A stretch of DNA of 64,000 nucleotides from Octopus sinensis (lineage: Eukaryota), in contig NC_043013.1 of assembly GCF_006345805.1 (NCBI RefSeq), positions 2,976,001 to 3,040,000 on the forward strand, read 5' to 3'. Shown piece by piece: positions 12,871 through 25,220 of this stretch (its first letter is position 1; every line of letters starts with the position of its first letter). Under the pieces are notes generated by a model. That model did no database searches. It was not told where the DNA came from and worked only from the letters and a program-made list of their open reading frames with translations. The translations under genes and the position numbers were made by a program.

Positions 12871-13207
12871 CATGTGATATATACTAAAAGAAGACTACTT
12901 ACGAATTTTAAACAAGAATATTTAAGTTTATTGCTTCTTTTGAACAGTTTTAATTCTAATTTGTTTATGTCATCACTAAACACCATAGTTAAAGCAAAAG
13001 GTAATAATAAACTACACTATACAAATATTCAAAGTCAGGTGGTTGCTGTTAGCGCACTGCATTGATGTGTAAGCGACTGGTTAATGCTGACATACCTATA
13101 GGTAATAGGACAGGATATGTTGTAATATTTTAATTTGCTATTGCGGCAACCCGTATTTGTCGCATACAGACAGTTTATCAAAGTCATTAGAAGCAGCTAA
13201 AATTTAT

Positions 13208-13420
13208 TGTTTTGAAATTTTGGCTCAAAACCAGCAATTTTGGGGGAGGGAAAAAGTCGATTACATAGACCCTAGTGCTCGACTGGCACTTATTTTATTG
13301 ACCCCGAAAGAATGAAAGGCAAAGTCAATCTCGGCGAAGCTTGAACTCAGAACGTAAAGACGGATGAAATTCCGCTAAGCATTTTGACCGGCGTACTACC
13401 AATTCAGCCAGCTCGCCGCC
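13208..13420 (-). mobile_element. SINE family B, full length, type-1 tail
   Basis: Reverse complement of ggcggcgagctggctgaattggtag...ccctcccccaaaattgctggttttgagccaaaatttcaaaac. Confidence 0.85.
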
Positions 13421-14004
13421 TTAGAAACAGGTAAAATCCATTAAAAAATAGACTGAAGATGTTTCGAAATCCATTAAAAGATAGACTGAACAAGTTTCGA
13501 AATCTACGAAGAACGAAGATTTATCTGATATCTCCTATGATGATATTGTGAGGAATTTCCACCGATGAGAAAGTCCCCGCAAAAAAATTGAATTCAAATT
13601 TTTACTTGTTCTATGGCGTTTCTTGTTCTATGCTCTGGAAACACAATTCCCCTCACCCTTAATTCCCAGATGTATTGTAATTGTTAGAATTATCTGTTCC
13701 TCGATCTAAATGAGTGTATATGTCAGTTGTACCGGGTTTTCAAATTATTCGTGGTACATCAATACTATCGATGGGTGTTATGATATTGTATATAAACTGT
13801 ATTAAGACCGTAGGGAAAGGGCACTACAAATATTGAAATGGAATAGAAGAATTTATATTTCCATCGACAGCATGAAACCATAGCGTGATTTTTATTTATT
13901 TATTAGTTAAGCGTGGAGGAAGAGCAGTTCCCAGAACTCACGCTGACTCTCTGGGAATTGTGGGATTGATGCAGTTCATTTGCAATTAAATGACAGACAG
14001 ACAT

Positions 14005-14006
14005 AC

Positions 14007-14037
<31 letters not shown>

Positions 14038-14100
14038 CAAACAGACAGACAGGCAGGCAGACAGGCAAACAGGCAGACAGACGGACAGACAGACAGATAA

Positions 14101-14185
<85 letters not shown>
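14005..14185. repeat. (GATA)n/(GACA)n microsatellite
   Basis: Direct reading. Confidence 0.95.
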
Positions 14186-15525
14186 ATGGGAGAGGTTTGT
14201 ACGTACATTAGATGTTTACAAAGCGAGGAAGAAGCAGACATACTGGTAAAAATGTTCTGCATCATTGGTGGAAAATATTGGTTACGATCAGGCCAGGGAT
14301 CTGGTTTGTTAAAAAGTGGTCTGGTGAGGTCATTCATGTTTTTGTGTGAGAGCTGTCACAGCCATGCTAGATGAAGGTAAGGTCGTTGATTAGGCCGTTG
14401 CTGTATATGGTGGTGGTCAGTAGAAGCTGGATTTGAATTCATGATTCCATGGCTATTCTTTTACCCATCACACTTTTGCAAAATACTTCATAACTGCTCT
14501 GTTGACCTTTACTGATAGGACTTGTTGACACCACTGCTGAGGCGGCTTCTACAACTCTATGACGACTGATACTTTCGTTGTATCGATTTTCACATGACAA
14601 CCTGGTGCCTGGTACTGCATTTCTGGGCTGTGTCGATTAGTTCGTGACACTCTGGGTTGAAATATCGACAACGGTTACCAATAATTCTAGTCGGTAACCT
14701 GCATTACTTTATAGCTCTTCTTAAGAGGGTCGTTCGTTAATATGATAATATAGATCTAAGTTGTTGACTGATGCCTAAGTTTTCATGTAGACTCATCGAC
14801 TGACAATGTAGACGTACAAACTGACGGCCCAAAATGTGATGACGTAAGTACGTCTTTTCATACTGTCTTGTTTTAGACAGTTATTGACGAAAGTAAATTA
14901 CCAATTTGTGGAATTTTGTTCCAACCGCTGACACGCAAATAAAATATCATGAGATATTCGCATTATACTTAATATCAAGAGGGGTTTTTATGTTTATGTT
15001 TTGTTTTGTTTTTTAATTAGTCAACTTTTATGTTAGTGTCTGCTACGGTTTAACGAGCATTTTTCTGTAGCAAAGCGATTAAGGATACATCCTCAGTTAA
15101 GAATGAGACAAAAGTTATTAAATTTCCAGGCTTATACATTCATATAACAAAGAATGGACACACACACATTAAGAATCTGAATGCATGCTGCGAATTTACT
15201 TCCCGAAATGACAACTGGCAAAATAATTTCGATTGATTCTGACTGTCTCGCTAATAAACCAATTGAATAATAAAATGTTATCATCACGATTGTTTTTCTC
15301 TGATACTTACTATACATACGTTGACGATTTCCGGGGCTTCAAGTCGTGAAATATTATAAGTTATGGTTACACGGAAACAATGTATCTTTAATGCGACGGC
15401 TGTTACCATCGATACCGTCTTTTAACACCAATTTACATTTATAAACTCATGAATTTAAAACCATGGACGCTTTGCAGATGTGTTGACCATCTTTACAGCA
15501 TGCTAATATGCTAACACTGATTAAG

Positions 15526-16196
15526 GGCGGCGAGATGGCAGAATCGTTAGCACGTCGGGGAAAATGCTTACCGGCATTTTGTCCATTCCATACTCTTTAC
15601 TCTCTTTTACTTGTTTCAGTCATTTGACTGCGGTCATGCTGGAGCACCGCCTTTAGTCGAGCAAGTCGACCCCGGGACTTATTATTTTGTAAGCCCAGTA
15701 CTTATTCTATCGGTCTCTTTTGCCGAACTGCTAAGTAACGGGGACATAAACACACCAGCATCGGTTGTCAAGCAATGCTAGGGGGACAAACACAGACACA
15801 CAAACACACACACGCATATATATATACATATATACGACGGGCTTCTTTCAGTTTCCGTCTACAAAATCCACTCACAAGGCTTTGGTCGGCTCGAGACTAT
15901 AGTAGAAGACACTTGCCCAAGTTGCCACGCAGTGGGACTGAACCCGGAACCATGTGGTTGGTAAGCAAGCTACTTACCACACAGCCACTCCTACGACTAT
16001 CTTTACGTTCTGAGTTCAAATTCCACCTTGGTTGACTTTGCCTTTCATCCTTTCGGGATCGATAATATAAGTACCAGCTGAGCTCTGGGGTTGATGTGAT
16101 AGATTTACTATCTCGCCCGAAAATGTTGACCTTGTGCCAAAATGCTGACCTTGTGCCCGAAAATGCTGACCTTGTGCCAAAATTTGAAACCAGTAT
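15526..16196 (+). mobile_element. SINE family B interrupted by a family A copy; triplicated ~20-bp unit in tail
   Basis: Head 15526-15591; body resumes at 15998 (tatctttacgttctgagttcaaattcc); tail has aaaatg(t/c)tgaccttgtgcc three times. Confidence 0.85.
15592..15997 (-). mobile_element. SINE family A, full length, nested in B
   Basis: Complete reverse-complement A sequence from the actctttactctc tail to the cacagccactcctacgac head. Confidence 0.9.
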
Positions 16197-16576
16197 GCTA
16201 AAACTGTTTCTTAGTGTAAACAAAAACCTTCAAAAAACTCCTACAAACTGCTGAATCCTTTTGATCTTCGTTGCCTGTTATTGTCGCTCCTTCCCCAGAA
16301 GTAATTCACAGAGTCAATTTCACCTGTTAGATATAATTGTTATAATCCGAAAAGTATAATTTATTATGAGACTTCTTTTATGTCGATCAGACAGAAACAT
16401 CTCTCGGTATCTATATTGTATTGTGGTACAGTATATTAACAGAAAATAGTTCCAGTATGCTAGTAAACATCTCTCTAACAGCCATTCTTTGTTTCAGTAA
16501 ATATACTATCATTCTATAAGTATATATACGCACATACACGCGCGCGCACGCACACATGCATGTATGTATGCATGAC

Positions 16577-16618
<42 letters not shown>

Positions 16619-16647
16619 AGATAGATACATACATACAAACATATATA

Positions 16648-16682
<35 letters not shown>

Positions 16683-17654
16683 TGTATGCATGTATGCCTG
16701 AATGTATGTATATAAGTATGTATATATGTATGCACGCAGCTTATAGAGTTTGGTAAGCTGAGATGAAGAAACCAGTCGGGAGCAGACTTTTTCCAGAAGT
16801 GGGCCGCATGAAATATTGCTCATAATTAGTTGGGTCGCACTAGTAAAAAAAAATATTCAAGGTTATTTTTCATTAGGCGTCGTGCCCCTTAGCAAGTCAC
16901 GTGGGCTGCAGGTTGCTCATGATTGGCTTAAACGATCCGATGTGAAAGTTTGTTGTAGTTTTACTGAAGAATCTATCCAAGACGCATTGGTTTCTGAACT
17001 TGTTAATTACCCATGATGCTATTTATTTCTACGAATACATATTTTTCTGTTTATTATCTGGAAACCTATCTTCCAAACTATCTTCCTATCTTCTATTTAC
17101 TAGATTAAATTCAGAGAGGCAGCAACATTTTCAGTCCCACTGCGAGCGAAACTTGTCTTCATATTCTTAACATATCAAAATATTGTGATCTCGGGTTTCA
17201 TAGTTTAGCCTTAGAAAGCATGAAAGCGTGAAATATTGCCACTTCAGCCAAAATATTTGTAATTGCAATAGAAACAAGCATAGTCTAAGATTCGTTATAT
17301 TTTCAAACATAACCTTACTATAAAATCTTCTCCGCCCATAACAACTTTTGTAATGTTAATCCTTCCTGATTGTCATCGTGTTCTGTCAAAAGTATCAATA
17401 TCACATAACACATGTATTGGATGTTGGCCTATGCTGAATGAGATATACTAAGATGCAGCCTTGTTTTAGATATTGCATAATGTTTGACAAGATATTCAGT
17501 TGTTTAGATACGCCGAAATCTAGGTATTTGAAGAATCCAGATTATATTTTGAACTTATAACATTTGTCTTGTGTTACAGTGTACATTTCAATGGCAAAAC
17601 CTGATGTCAACATTTTATGGTTTACAAATCTAGATTATCGCGCGCATGCGTGTG

Positions 17655-18063
17655 TATGTATGTATGTATGTATGTATGTATGTATGTATGTATGTATGTA
17701 TGTATGTATGTATGTATGTATGTATGTATGCATGTATGCATGTATGTATGTATGTATGTATGTATGTGTGTGTGTATGTATGTATGTATGTATGTATGTA
17801 TGTATGTATGTATGTATGTATTATATATATATATATATATATAATATATATAATATATATATATATATACATACATACATACACACATACATACATACGT
17901 ACATACATACACAATGTATGTATGTATGTATGTATGTGTGTATGTATGTATGTATGTATGTATATATATATATATATATACACATACATACATACATACA
18001 CATACATACATACATACACACATGCATACATACATACATATATACACACATACACACGCATGT

Positions 18064-18113
<50 letters not shown>
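17655..18113. repeat. Compound (TATG)n-(TA)n-(CATA)n microsatellite, occurring twice
   Basis: Direct reading. Confidence 0.9.
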
Positions 18114-18117
<4 letters not shown>

Positions 18118-18619
18118 TCCCAAAAAGAAACGGAGAGAAAAACACGCGGTCACATTTTGAATGTGTGTGTGTGCATATTTCTAGGAGTGTATGTGTACAC
18201 TTATTTACTTCTTTATTGCGCACAAGGAAGCTAAAATGGAATGCGCGGAACAAAAGGAGACACGTGGGATAGAGAGTGGTTCAAGAAGTCACAGGATGTG
18301 TCACGAAAGAGCTTTGAAAAAAATAGAATAATAATAATAAAGCTGATATGAAGACCAAATAGGACCATCACCAAGTATAACAACATACATGTGCATATAT
18401 TCTTTTATATGTTTCATCCCTAAGGGTGTGGCCATGATGGGTCACTACATATATAGACATATATATAAAGAGAAAGAGAGGTGTGTGTGTGTGTGCGTGT
18501 GTGTGTGCGTGTGTGTGTGCGTGTGTGTTGCGTGTGTGTGTGCGTGTATACTTGTATATACATATATTCCAGGAAGTAGAATCTCACAACATTTAGCTAT
18601 TGTCTGTAGTTGAAAATGT

Positions 18620-19264
18620 TAATAAAAGCAATCTTCATGAATGCCAGTTGGATTTTTTCCAGTGTCTTTGGCACAAGAAAGGGATCAAGACTAGAAGCAA
18701 TATTTCAACTGAGTGAGAAGAAGAGTTTCCAAACAGTGAACACAGCTTCACGTTCTCTAGTTATAAATATTGCGAGGATCCACAACAGGCTGTCAGTTAC
18801 CTTCAAGTTATTGTCAAACTATGTCAGCGTGAATGGATACACCACCACTAATTACAATTCTCAGATCAAACATAGATATTGGATTTGGTATTAGATGTAT
18901 CGAGGTTCCAATATATGTAGGTAGTGTCATGCTTGGACATTACGTATCAGAATGAATATTTAGTTGTGAGTTGCTTGTGATGGTAAGTACAGATGAGAAT
19001 ATTGCGATCGCAGAAGCACAAGCTTTAATGAATATGCGTCGAGTATTTAGATCGAACGTGCGTTCACAAGAATGGTATTCCAGGTGGAATTCTGGAATTG
19101 TCTGTCTGTTGAAACCAGGATGAGAAGTTGACACTTTAACTGAGAAATCACTGACTGGAACTATTTATCTAACTGTTCCCTTTACTAATGGAAAATTGTA
19201 CTAACGAGGAAAGCTTTGCTTTGGCTTTTGTAAGTATGTGACAACACAGGAATTGATATTACAG

Positions 19265-19349
<85 letters not shown>

Positions 19350-19850
19350 TATATATACGTATTGTATAAATGTTCATGTATGCATGCATGTGTGAACACA
19401 GCTTAAAGAATTCGATGAGTTCAGATGAAGGACTCTGGGAGAAGTTTGATATGTTTAAATTATCAAAGGTCAGAGAAAGTTGTAATTTTGCTGATAAATC
19501 CATAAAAGAATGGCTTGAAATGTCTCAATCAGAGAGAAATGCTAACTGGAAAAATGCTCAAATTATCAAGAATTCAGTAAAATATAAAAATGAATCTCTT
19601 CGTAATGGAATCCGACATTTACAGGAAGAGTAAATTAGGGTCCAAGGAGATGCCAATGACAATGACACGAGTGAAAACGCTGATTGTGATATCTATGAGT
19701 TCCTCAATACTAATGCTTTCTGCTCCAAATATATATTTTACCACGAGAAAATACGCAACATTTCCAGAAATAATAGGCAGAGTTGTGACAGCGTTACTGA
19801 CGAAAAATCCCTGATTTCAGTTAATAACATTGAAATATACTTACTTGTAC
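18620..19850 (+). pseudogene. Coding-like fossil, possibly a MULE-type transposase, interrupted by (TA)n
   Basis: Frame-broken stretches LVLDVSRFQY..ITYQNEYLV, STDENIAI, ENCTNEESF, IIKNSVKYKNESL; 19370-19920 reads ~180 codons with one stop. The family assignment is from remembered motif order only. Confidence 0.3.
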
Positions 19851-20260
19851 TTGTGGCGACATTGACCTTGGGCGAGTTGAGTCGGCTTCTTCCACCACCC
19901 TCGAGGCATTGTATTCGCCATTGAGAATTCATGGAAGAAGTTTCGTGGGAATATGTGGATTTCACAAGTGGTCCCCAACAATCCCGCATGTAGAGACATC
20001 CTGTTTGCCGCAGATTGTCCGCAGACGCAGGGACAGAACGACCGAGGAGCCGCCGGTTACCGAAACAGACACTCCGAGGATTTTCACCAGAGCCCCGTCT
20101 GCCGGGTCGTGACCCTAATACCACTCGGTGTCAGACCAATCCGTCTTGGATGGCCCTACCAGGAACCGAAGTTCCCGACGGCATAGCTCTGACACTACCC
20201 GTTGCTAGCGTCCCCACCACGGCGAGGAGGGGATGGACTTTGGGAACGCACATTGAAATA
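19850..20260 (+). mobile_element. GC-rich retroelement-like fragment, tentatively RTE-associated
   Basis: Abrupt GC and CpG rise; contains ggccctaccaggaaccgaagttcccgacggcatagctct...ccaccacggcgagg, which resembles RTE-family non-coding ends from memory. Confidence 0.3.
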
Positions 20261-20377
20261 TAGATGACACATGAAATATTGTTGACATGAAGAGTGATTA
20301 TGTGTCACGAAAAAATACATACCGATTTTTGCTTTTTATAAGACATTCTAACATAAGGCATTAAAAGACATTGGACT

Positions 20378-20691
20378 CCGTTCGTTTACGACGACGACGG
20401 TTTCAGTTGATCCGATCAACGTAACAGCCTGCTTGTGAATTTAGCGTGCATGCTGTTGAGCACTCAACAGACACGTGCACCCTTAATATAGTTCTTAGGG
20501 AGATTCAGCGTGACACAATGTGACAAGGCCGGGCCTTGGAAATACAGGTACAACTCATTTTTGTCAGTTGAGTGGACCGGAGCAACGAGAAATAAAGTGT
20601 CTTGTTTAAGGAAACAACGCACCGCTAAAATTCGAACTCATGACCTCACGATCGTGATCCGAATACCTTATCCTCTAAGTCACGTGCCTTC
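20378..20691 (-). mobile_element. SINE family D
   Basis: Reverse complement of a gaaggcacgtgacttagagg head with gagttcgaattt B-box-like motif and the D body. Confidence 0.75.
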
Positions 20692-20978
20692 GTGATATTG
20701 TAAGATATGAAGAAATCATACATGATGCACACATATCAATACATGCCCATGCACACATGCACAAACACCTATGCACTAAAGAGCCATGTCAACAGAGAAC
20801 ACAAGTACGGGTTCGTACACTTACATATTTGTACACTCTAAGATTTCCACATATTTACAAATCCCCAGGAACTGTCTGAACTCAAAATCCCTTCACTTTG
20901 TTAGTGATTGTCTTGAACTCCAGAAAAAAGAACTTAAATAAACCGAAGAGAAAGCACACATACGCTCGCACACACGTG

Positions 20979-21829
20979 GTGATATAGAGGATCTTCGTCG
21001 ATGCCTCCACCAAATTTGGAGATGGTCTAACGAATGGGACCTGTGTCTGAACGTGTCAAAGTGCTGTCATCTGCCTGTTGGCTCTCCTCCTGCAACTCAA
21101 CTTGATTTCGAGCCGGGTCATCTGCTGCTGGAGAGAACCGATCAGGTAAAGGACCTGGGTATCTTGGTGGATTCCTCCTTTTCGCCTTCGGCCCAGTGCG
21201 TCCATGCTGCCAACAAAGCACGCGGAGTTCTGTACTTGATTCGACGGTCATTCGGAATGTTCACAGCAGCCATATTCCTACCGCTCTACGTCACGCTGGT
21301 GAGACCCATATTGGAGTACGGGTTTCAAGCCTCTTCTCCTTATCTCCTCAAAGACATACATCATCTTGAAAGAGTCCAGAAGCTGGCTACCCGCATGGTT
21401 CTTGGTCTCAAGAATTTGTCTTATGAAGAAAGGCTGAAGACGCTCGACATTTATTCTCTAGAAAAACGACGACGCCGTGGTGATCTCATTCTTGCTCACA
21501 ACATCATAAGCGGAAAGTGTAATCTCTCGAAAGAGCTGTTCTTCACTCCTGCTCCAGAGCGTCGGCTGCGGGGTCATTCCGAAAAGCTCTATCTGCGACG
21601 ATTTCATCTCAATCGAAGGAGAGGGGGCTTTCTCCGTCCGGGTTGCGGATCCGTGGAATAAGCTGCCGGACGAGATGGTGAAGATGCCGACGACCGCTCG
21701 GTTCAAAGTCTCCCTTGATCTCAAGTGGCCTGAACTCTTTACCTGAACACCACCCTGTACTTAACTCCATGTCCCCTTACATGGCCTTGCTTTTTGCTTT
21801 TTGAGCCAAAGAATTAACTAACTAACTAA
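20979..21829 (+). mobile_element. Young 5'-truncated CR1-clade LINE (RT thumb / C-terminus + 3' UTR)
   Basis: GDIEDLRRCLHQIWRWSNEWDLCLNVSKC..KDLGILVD..LVRPILEYG..LERVQKLATRMV..SYEERL..LEKRRRRGDLI; a single +1 in the G run at 21623-21627; corrected frame ends FSVRVADPWNKLP..LKWPELFT* at 21746; (TAAC)n tail. Confidence 0.92.
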
Positions 21830-21924
21830 CATACACATATGTATGTTTGTTTGTATTTATGCATGTATGTATGTACGAATGTATGCAGAGCGGCTATTAG
21901 TACAAGAAATCTAATTATTATGAC

Positions 21925-22140
21925 AGAGGAGTGGCAGAATCGTGAGATCGTGAAATCGTGAGAAAAATGATGCGTAGTATTCGTTCTGGCTTTGTACATT
22001 TCTGAGTTCAAATCCCACTGAGGTAGGTTTTGATTTTCACATTTTCGCGATCGATAAAATAGTTAATGGAATCAGTCGAATCAATTAATCTCCTCCAACA
22101 AATTTTTGGCCTTATGCTCAACGCTGAATACGATATCAGA
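21925..22140 (+). mobile_element. Degenerate SINE family B
   Basis: gtggcagaatcg head, ctgagttcaaatcccactgagg, gatcgataaaatag. Confidence 0.55.
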
Positions 22141-22606
22141 TGAAGAACTCTTGAAACAACAAAACAATATTGCAGACAAATAAAATGTTTGCACTGCACA
22201 AAGAAATATTATAAATATAGATATTTAAAGAAGAAAAGCCACTCACCTTATGAATATTAAAAAAAACCGTGTATGGGCATCTACTAAATATCTCATTCCT
22301 GAACATCGGACAGTTGCACATATATTTGGTATTAATTTTCTTGAGAACTTTCTTCGTTCAATACCTTTGATAAACGACGCTTAAACGGCAGATTGAGTTG
22401 AGGTGCTCCAGCGTCACTTTCATGTCGCAGTTCTGGCTTTTCAGTGCTGACATTGACGACAAAGGATATAGAGTTAATGAGGTTAATAACAAACTAGCTA
22501 TTTACCTAGTTTAGCCTCCAAGAACACAATTATTATGAAACAGTAGATTATATTTTGCTTTGTCCCGGTTACCAAATAGTTAATCGAGAATAATGCAAAC
22601 AGCAAA

Positions 22607-23020
22607 GGAGCAAGAGTTGGCAGAAACGTTAGCACGCCGGGCGAGATGCTTAGTGGTATTTCGTCTGCCGTTAAGTTCTGAGTTCAAATTCCGCCGAGGT
22701 CGACTTTGCCGTTCATCCTTTCGGGGTCGATTAAATAAGTACCAGTTACGCACCGGGGTCGATATAATCGACTTAATCCGTATGTCTGTCCTTGTTCGCC
22801 CCCTCTGTGTTTAGCCCCTTGTGAGTAGTAAAGAAATAGGTATTTCGTCTGCCGTTGCGTTCTGAGTTCAAATTCCGCCGAGGTCGACTTTTCCTTTCAT
22901 CCCTTCGGCGTCGATAAATTAAGTACCAGTTACGCACTGGGATCGGTGTAATCGACTTAACCCCATTGTCTGTCCTTGTTTGTCCTCTCTGTGTTTAGCC
23001 CCTTGTGGGCAATAAAAATA
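22607..23020 (+). mobile_element. SINE family B tandem dimer with type-2 tail; second unit lacks the tRNA head
   Basis: Unit 1 is 22607-22838; unit 2 starts ggtatttcgtctgccg at 22839; both end tctgtgtttagccccttgtg..(a/g)taaa(g)aaata. Confidence 0.88.
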
Positions 23021-23855
23021 AGAGTACATTCTTATTTGTTGTTTCTTAGAACATGACAGCTTACCAGAATACCAGACAGCTTACAGTTCGACACACGGAC
23101 ACTTCAGTTATACGTTGTCTATGGGGTGAATATTTATAAGTCTATGGACAGTGACGGTGAACCTCTTTAGCCTGGCGCGTTGTAATTTTAATTTCTTTAA
23201 GAAGTTGCGTGCACATATGTATTCTAATTTACATACATCCTCATTAAGTGGAGATTTTTACAAAGTCAGTCACATGTCAACTAAAATCTCGCTAAATGAT
23301 GCTGCTGGCATGTGTATCGTAAGTCCGCCATCATTGGTCTATTATTTGACCAGCCTTACTAGCAACGGAATGAAAAGGGAAAAAAATCACACTTTGCTTA
23401 TCGAAGTAAGGTATCTTCCTCTTCTATAGAGATACAGGAAGTTGGCATTCTGTTATCGTCGCAAGATAACTTCAGATAAACATGTGTACATCGGCTGAAT
23501 ATTATGGCTAACTGAACACTGCTATACTAATACTCTTCTATATACCACTATTTTTATACTGTGCATTTCTGACGAAGAGATATCAATCACTGATGTCATG
23601 TCATCCAGTGGATACTTTTCGGGCGAAATGACCTTCTTCAATGAAAGAGAACTAACCACGTGATTGAAAACAGAGTCCAGCTGTAAGGTAAATAAATAAT
23701 CAATGACCACAAATTTCGTAAAATATTTCTGATTGAAGTCACCGTTAACACGTCCAGATCACCTCTTTAACAAAGATTATCTGGTGCTACTTTAGTGTGT
23801 GGTCTTCCGCGTTATCCGTTGTTCACGCCGTGAAATGACCTCATCTGGGTCTGAA

Positions 23856-23943
23856 TTAGGGCTAGGATTAGCGTCAAGGCTCAGGTTTAGGGTTAGGATT
23901 TAGGGTCAGGGTTAAGGTTTAGGTTAGGGTTAGAGTTAGAGTT
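23856..23943 (+). repeat. Degenerate (TTAGGG)n-like interstitial tract
   Basis: ttagggctaggattag...tttagggttaggatttagggtcagggttaaggtttaggttagggttagagttagag. Confidence 0.7.
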
Positions 23944-24439
23944 GGAATGTATGCTAATGTGGAAATGGCCAGGTAGACTGCATACTAAAGTGTCACCGAT
24001 ATTCTAACCGTTTACTGTTTAATAGCTGGTAATGACTTAGCTATTTATGAAATTAGCCAGTTCTTTATCTATATATATAGCCTACAGATTCCCATAGGGT
24101 CCATCCGCTCTCTACAACTAACTTTTCTCTTTCAATCGCGTTCTCTTTAGACTTCAAAGCTGATTACGAAACACTTTATGTGAAAGGAGATACGTTTACC
24201 GATGACGGAGTTCAAGAGATCATTCGACACAGTTGCCAGTTTATTTTGGGATCTCTTACAGTAATATATATTTAGACTGGGAGAATGTACACACACATAC
24301 ACACACACATACACACACATACATACACATACACACATATATATATACATAAACAACCAGTCACACCTTACCTACACATATATGTGTTTATATGTTATAT
24401 ATGTATTTAAATATTTGCATCCATGTATATAGGTATGAG

Positions 24440-24517
<78 letters not shown>

Positions 24518-24618
24518 ATATATATATATATATATATATATCTATATATATCAATCTCTCTCTATCAATCTCTCTATCTATCTATCTATCTCTATCTATC
24601 TATCTATCTATCTATATG

Positions 24619-24662
<44 letters not shown>

Positions 24663-24915
24663 CTATCTCTATCATCTATCTATCTATCTATCTATATCTA
24701 TCTATCTTTTTTTTTCTTTTCCTCTCCCCTTTTTTTTAACCCCCCTTTTTTTGTCTCTTTCTCTCCTTTTACGATCCCTTTTGATCGAAACTCCCCCCTC
24801 CTTTTTTTTTTTTACCTTCAAAAGAAAAGCTCTACCTTGTAATTTGTTCTATCTGTTGTGCAGCCCGTGTGGCTAATAAAGAAACATATCTATATATCTA
24901 TATATCTATATCTAA

Positions 24916-24958
<43 letters not shown>

Positions 24959-24963
24959 ATCTC

Positions 24964-25054
<91 letters not shown>

Positions 25055-25063
25055 GCCTGTCAG

Positions 25064-25123
<60 letters not shown>

Positions 25124-25172
25124 CTATCTATCTAATCTATCTATCTGTCATCTATCTATCTATATATCTAGC

Positions 25173-25207
<35 letters not shown>

Positions 25208-25220
25208 AATCTATCTATCC
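24440..25220. repeat. (CTAT)n arrays flanking a Tx1 3' fragment
   Basis: Direct reading. Confidence 0.95.
24706..24884 (+). mobile_element. Short 3'-UTR fragment of Tx1/L1-clade element
   Basis: ctttctctccttttacgatcccttttgatcgaa...accttgtaatttgttcta...gcccgtgtggctaataaagaaa, matching 25920-26075. Confidence 0.75.

Noticed and set aside
16110-16190. CRISPR-like repeat
   Set aside because: Three tandem ~20-bp units without spacers inside a SINE tail, in a eukaryotic context.
18880-19100. pogo/Tigger DDE motifs (LVLD..., IPGG)
   Set aside because: The spacing is about three times too long and the motifs are in inconsistent frames.
23856-23943. True telomere or chromosome end
   Set aside because: Short, highly degenerate and internal.
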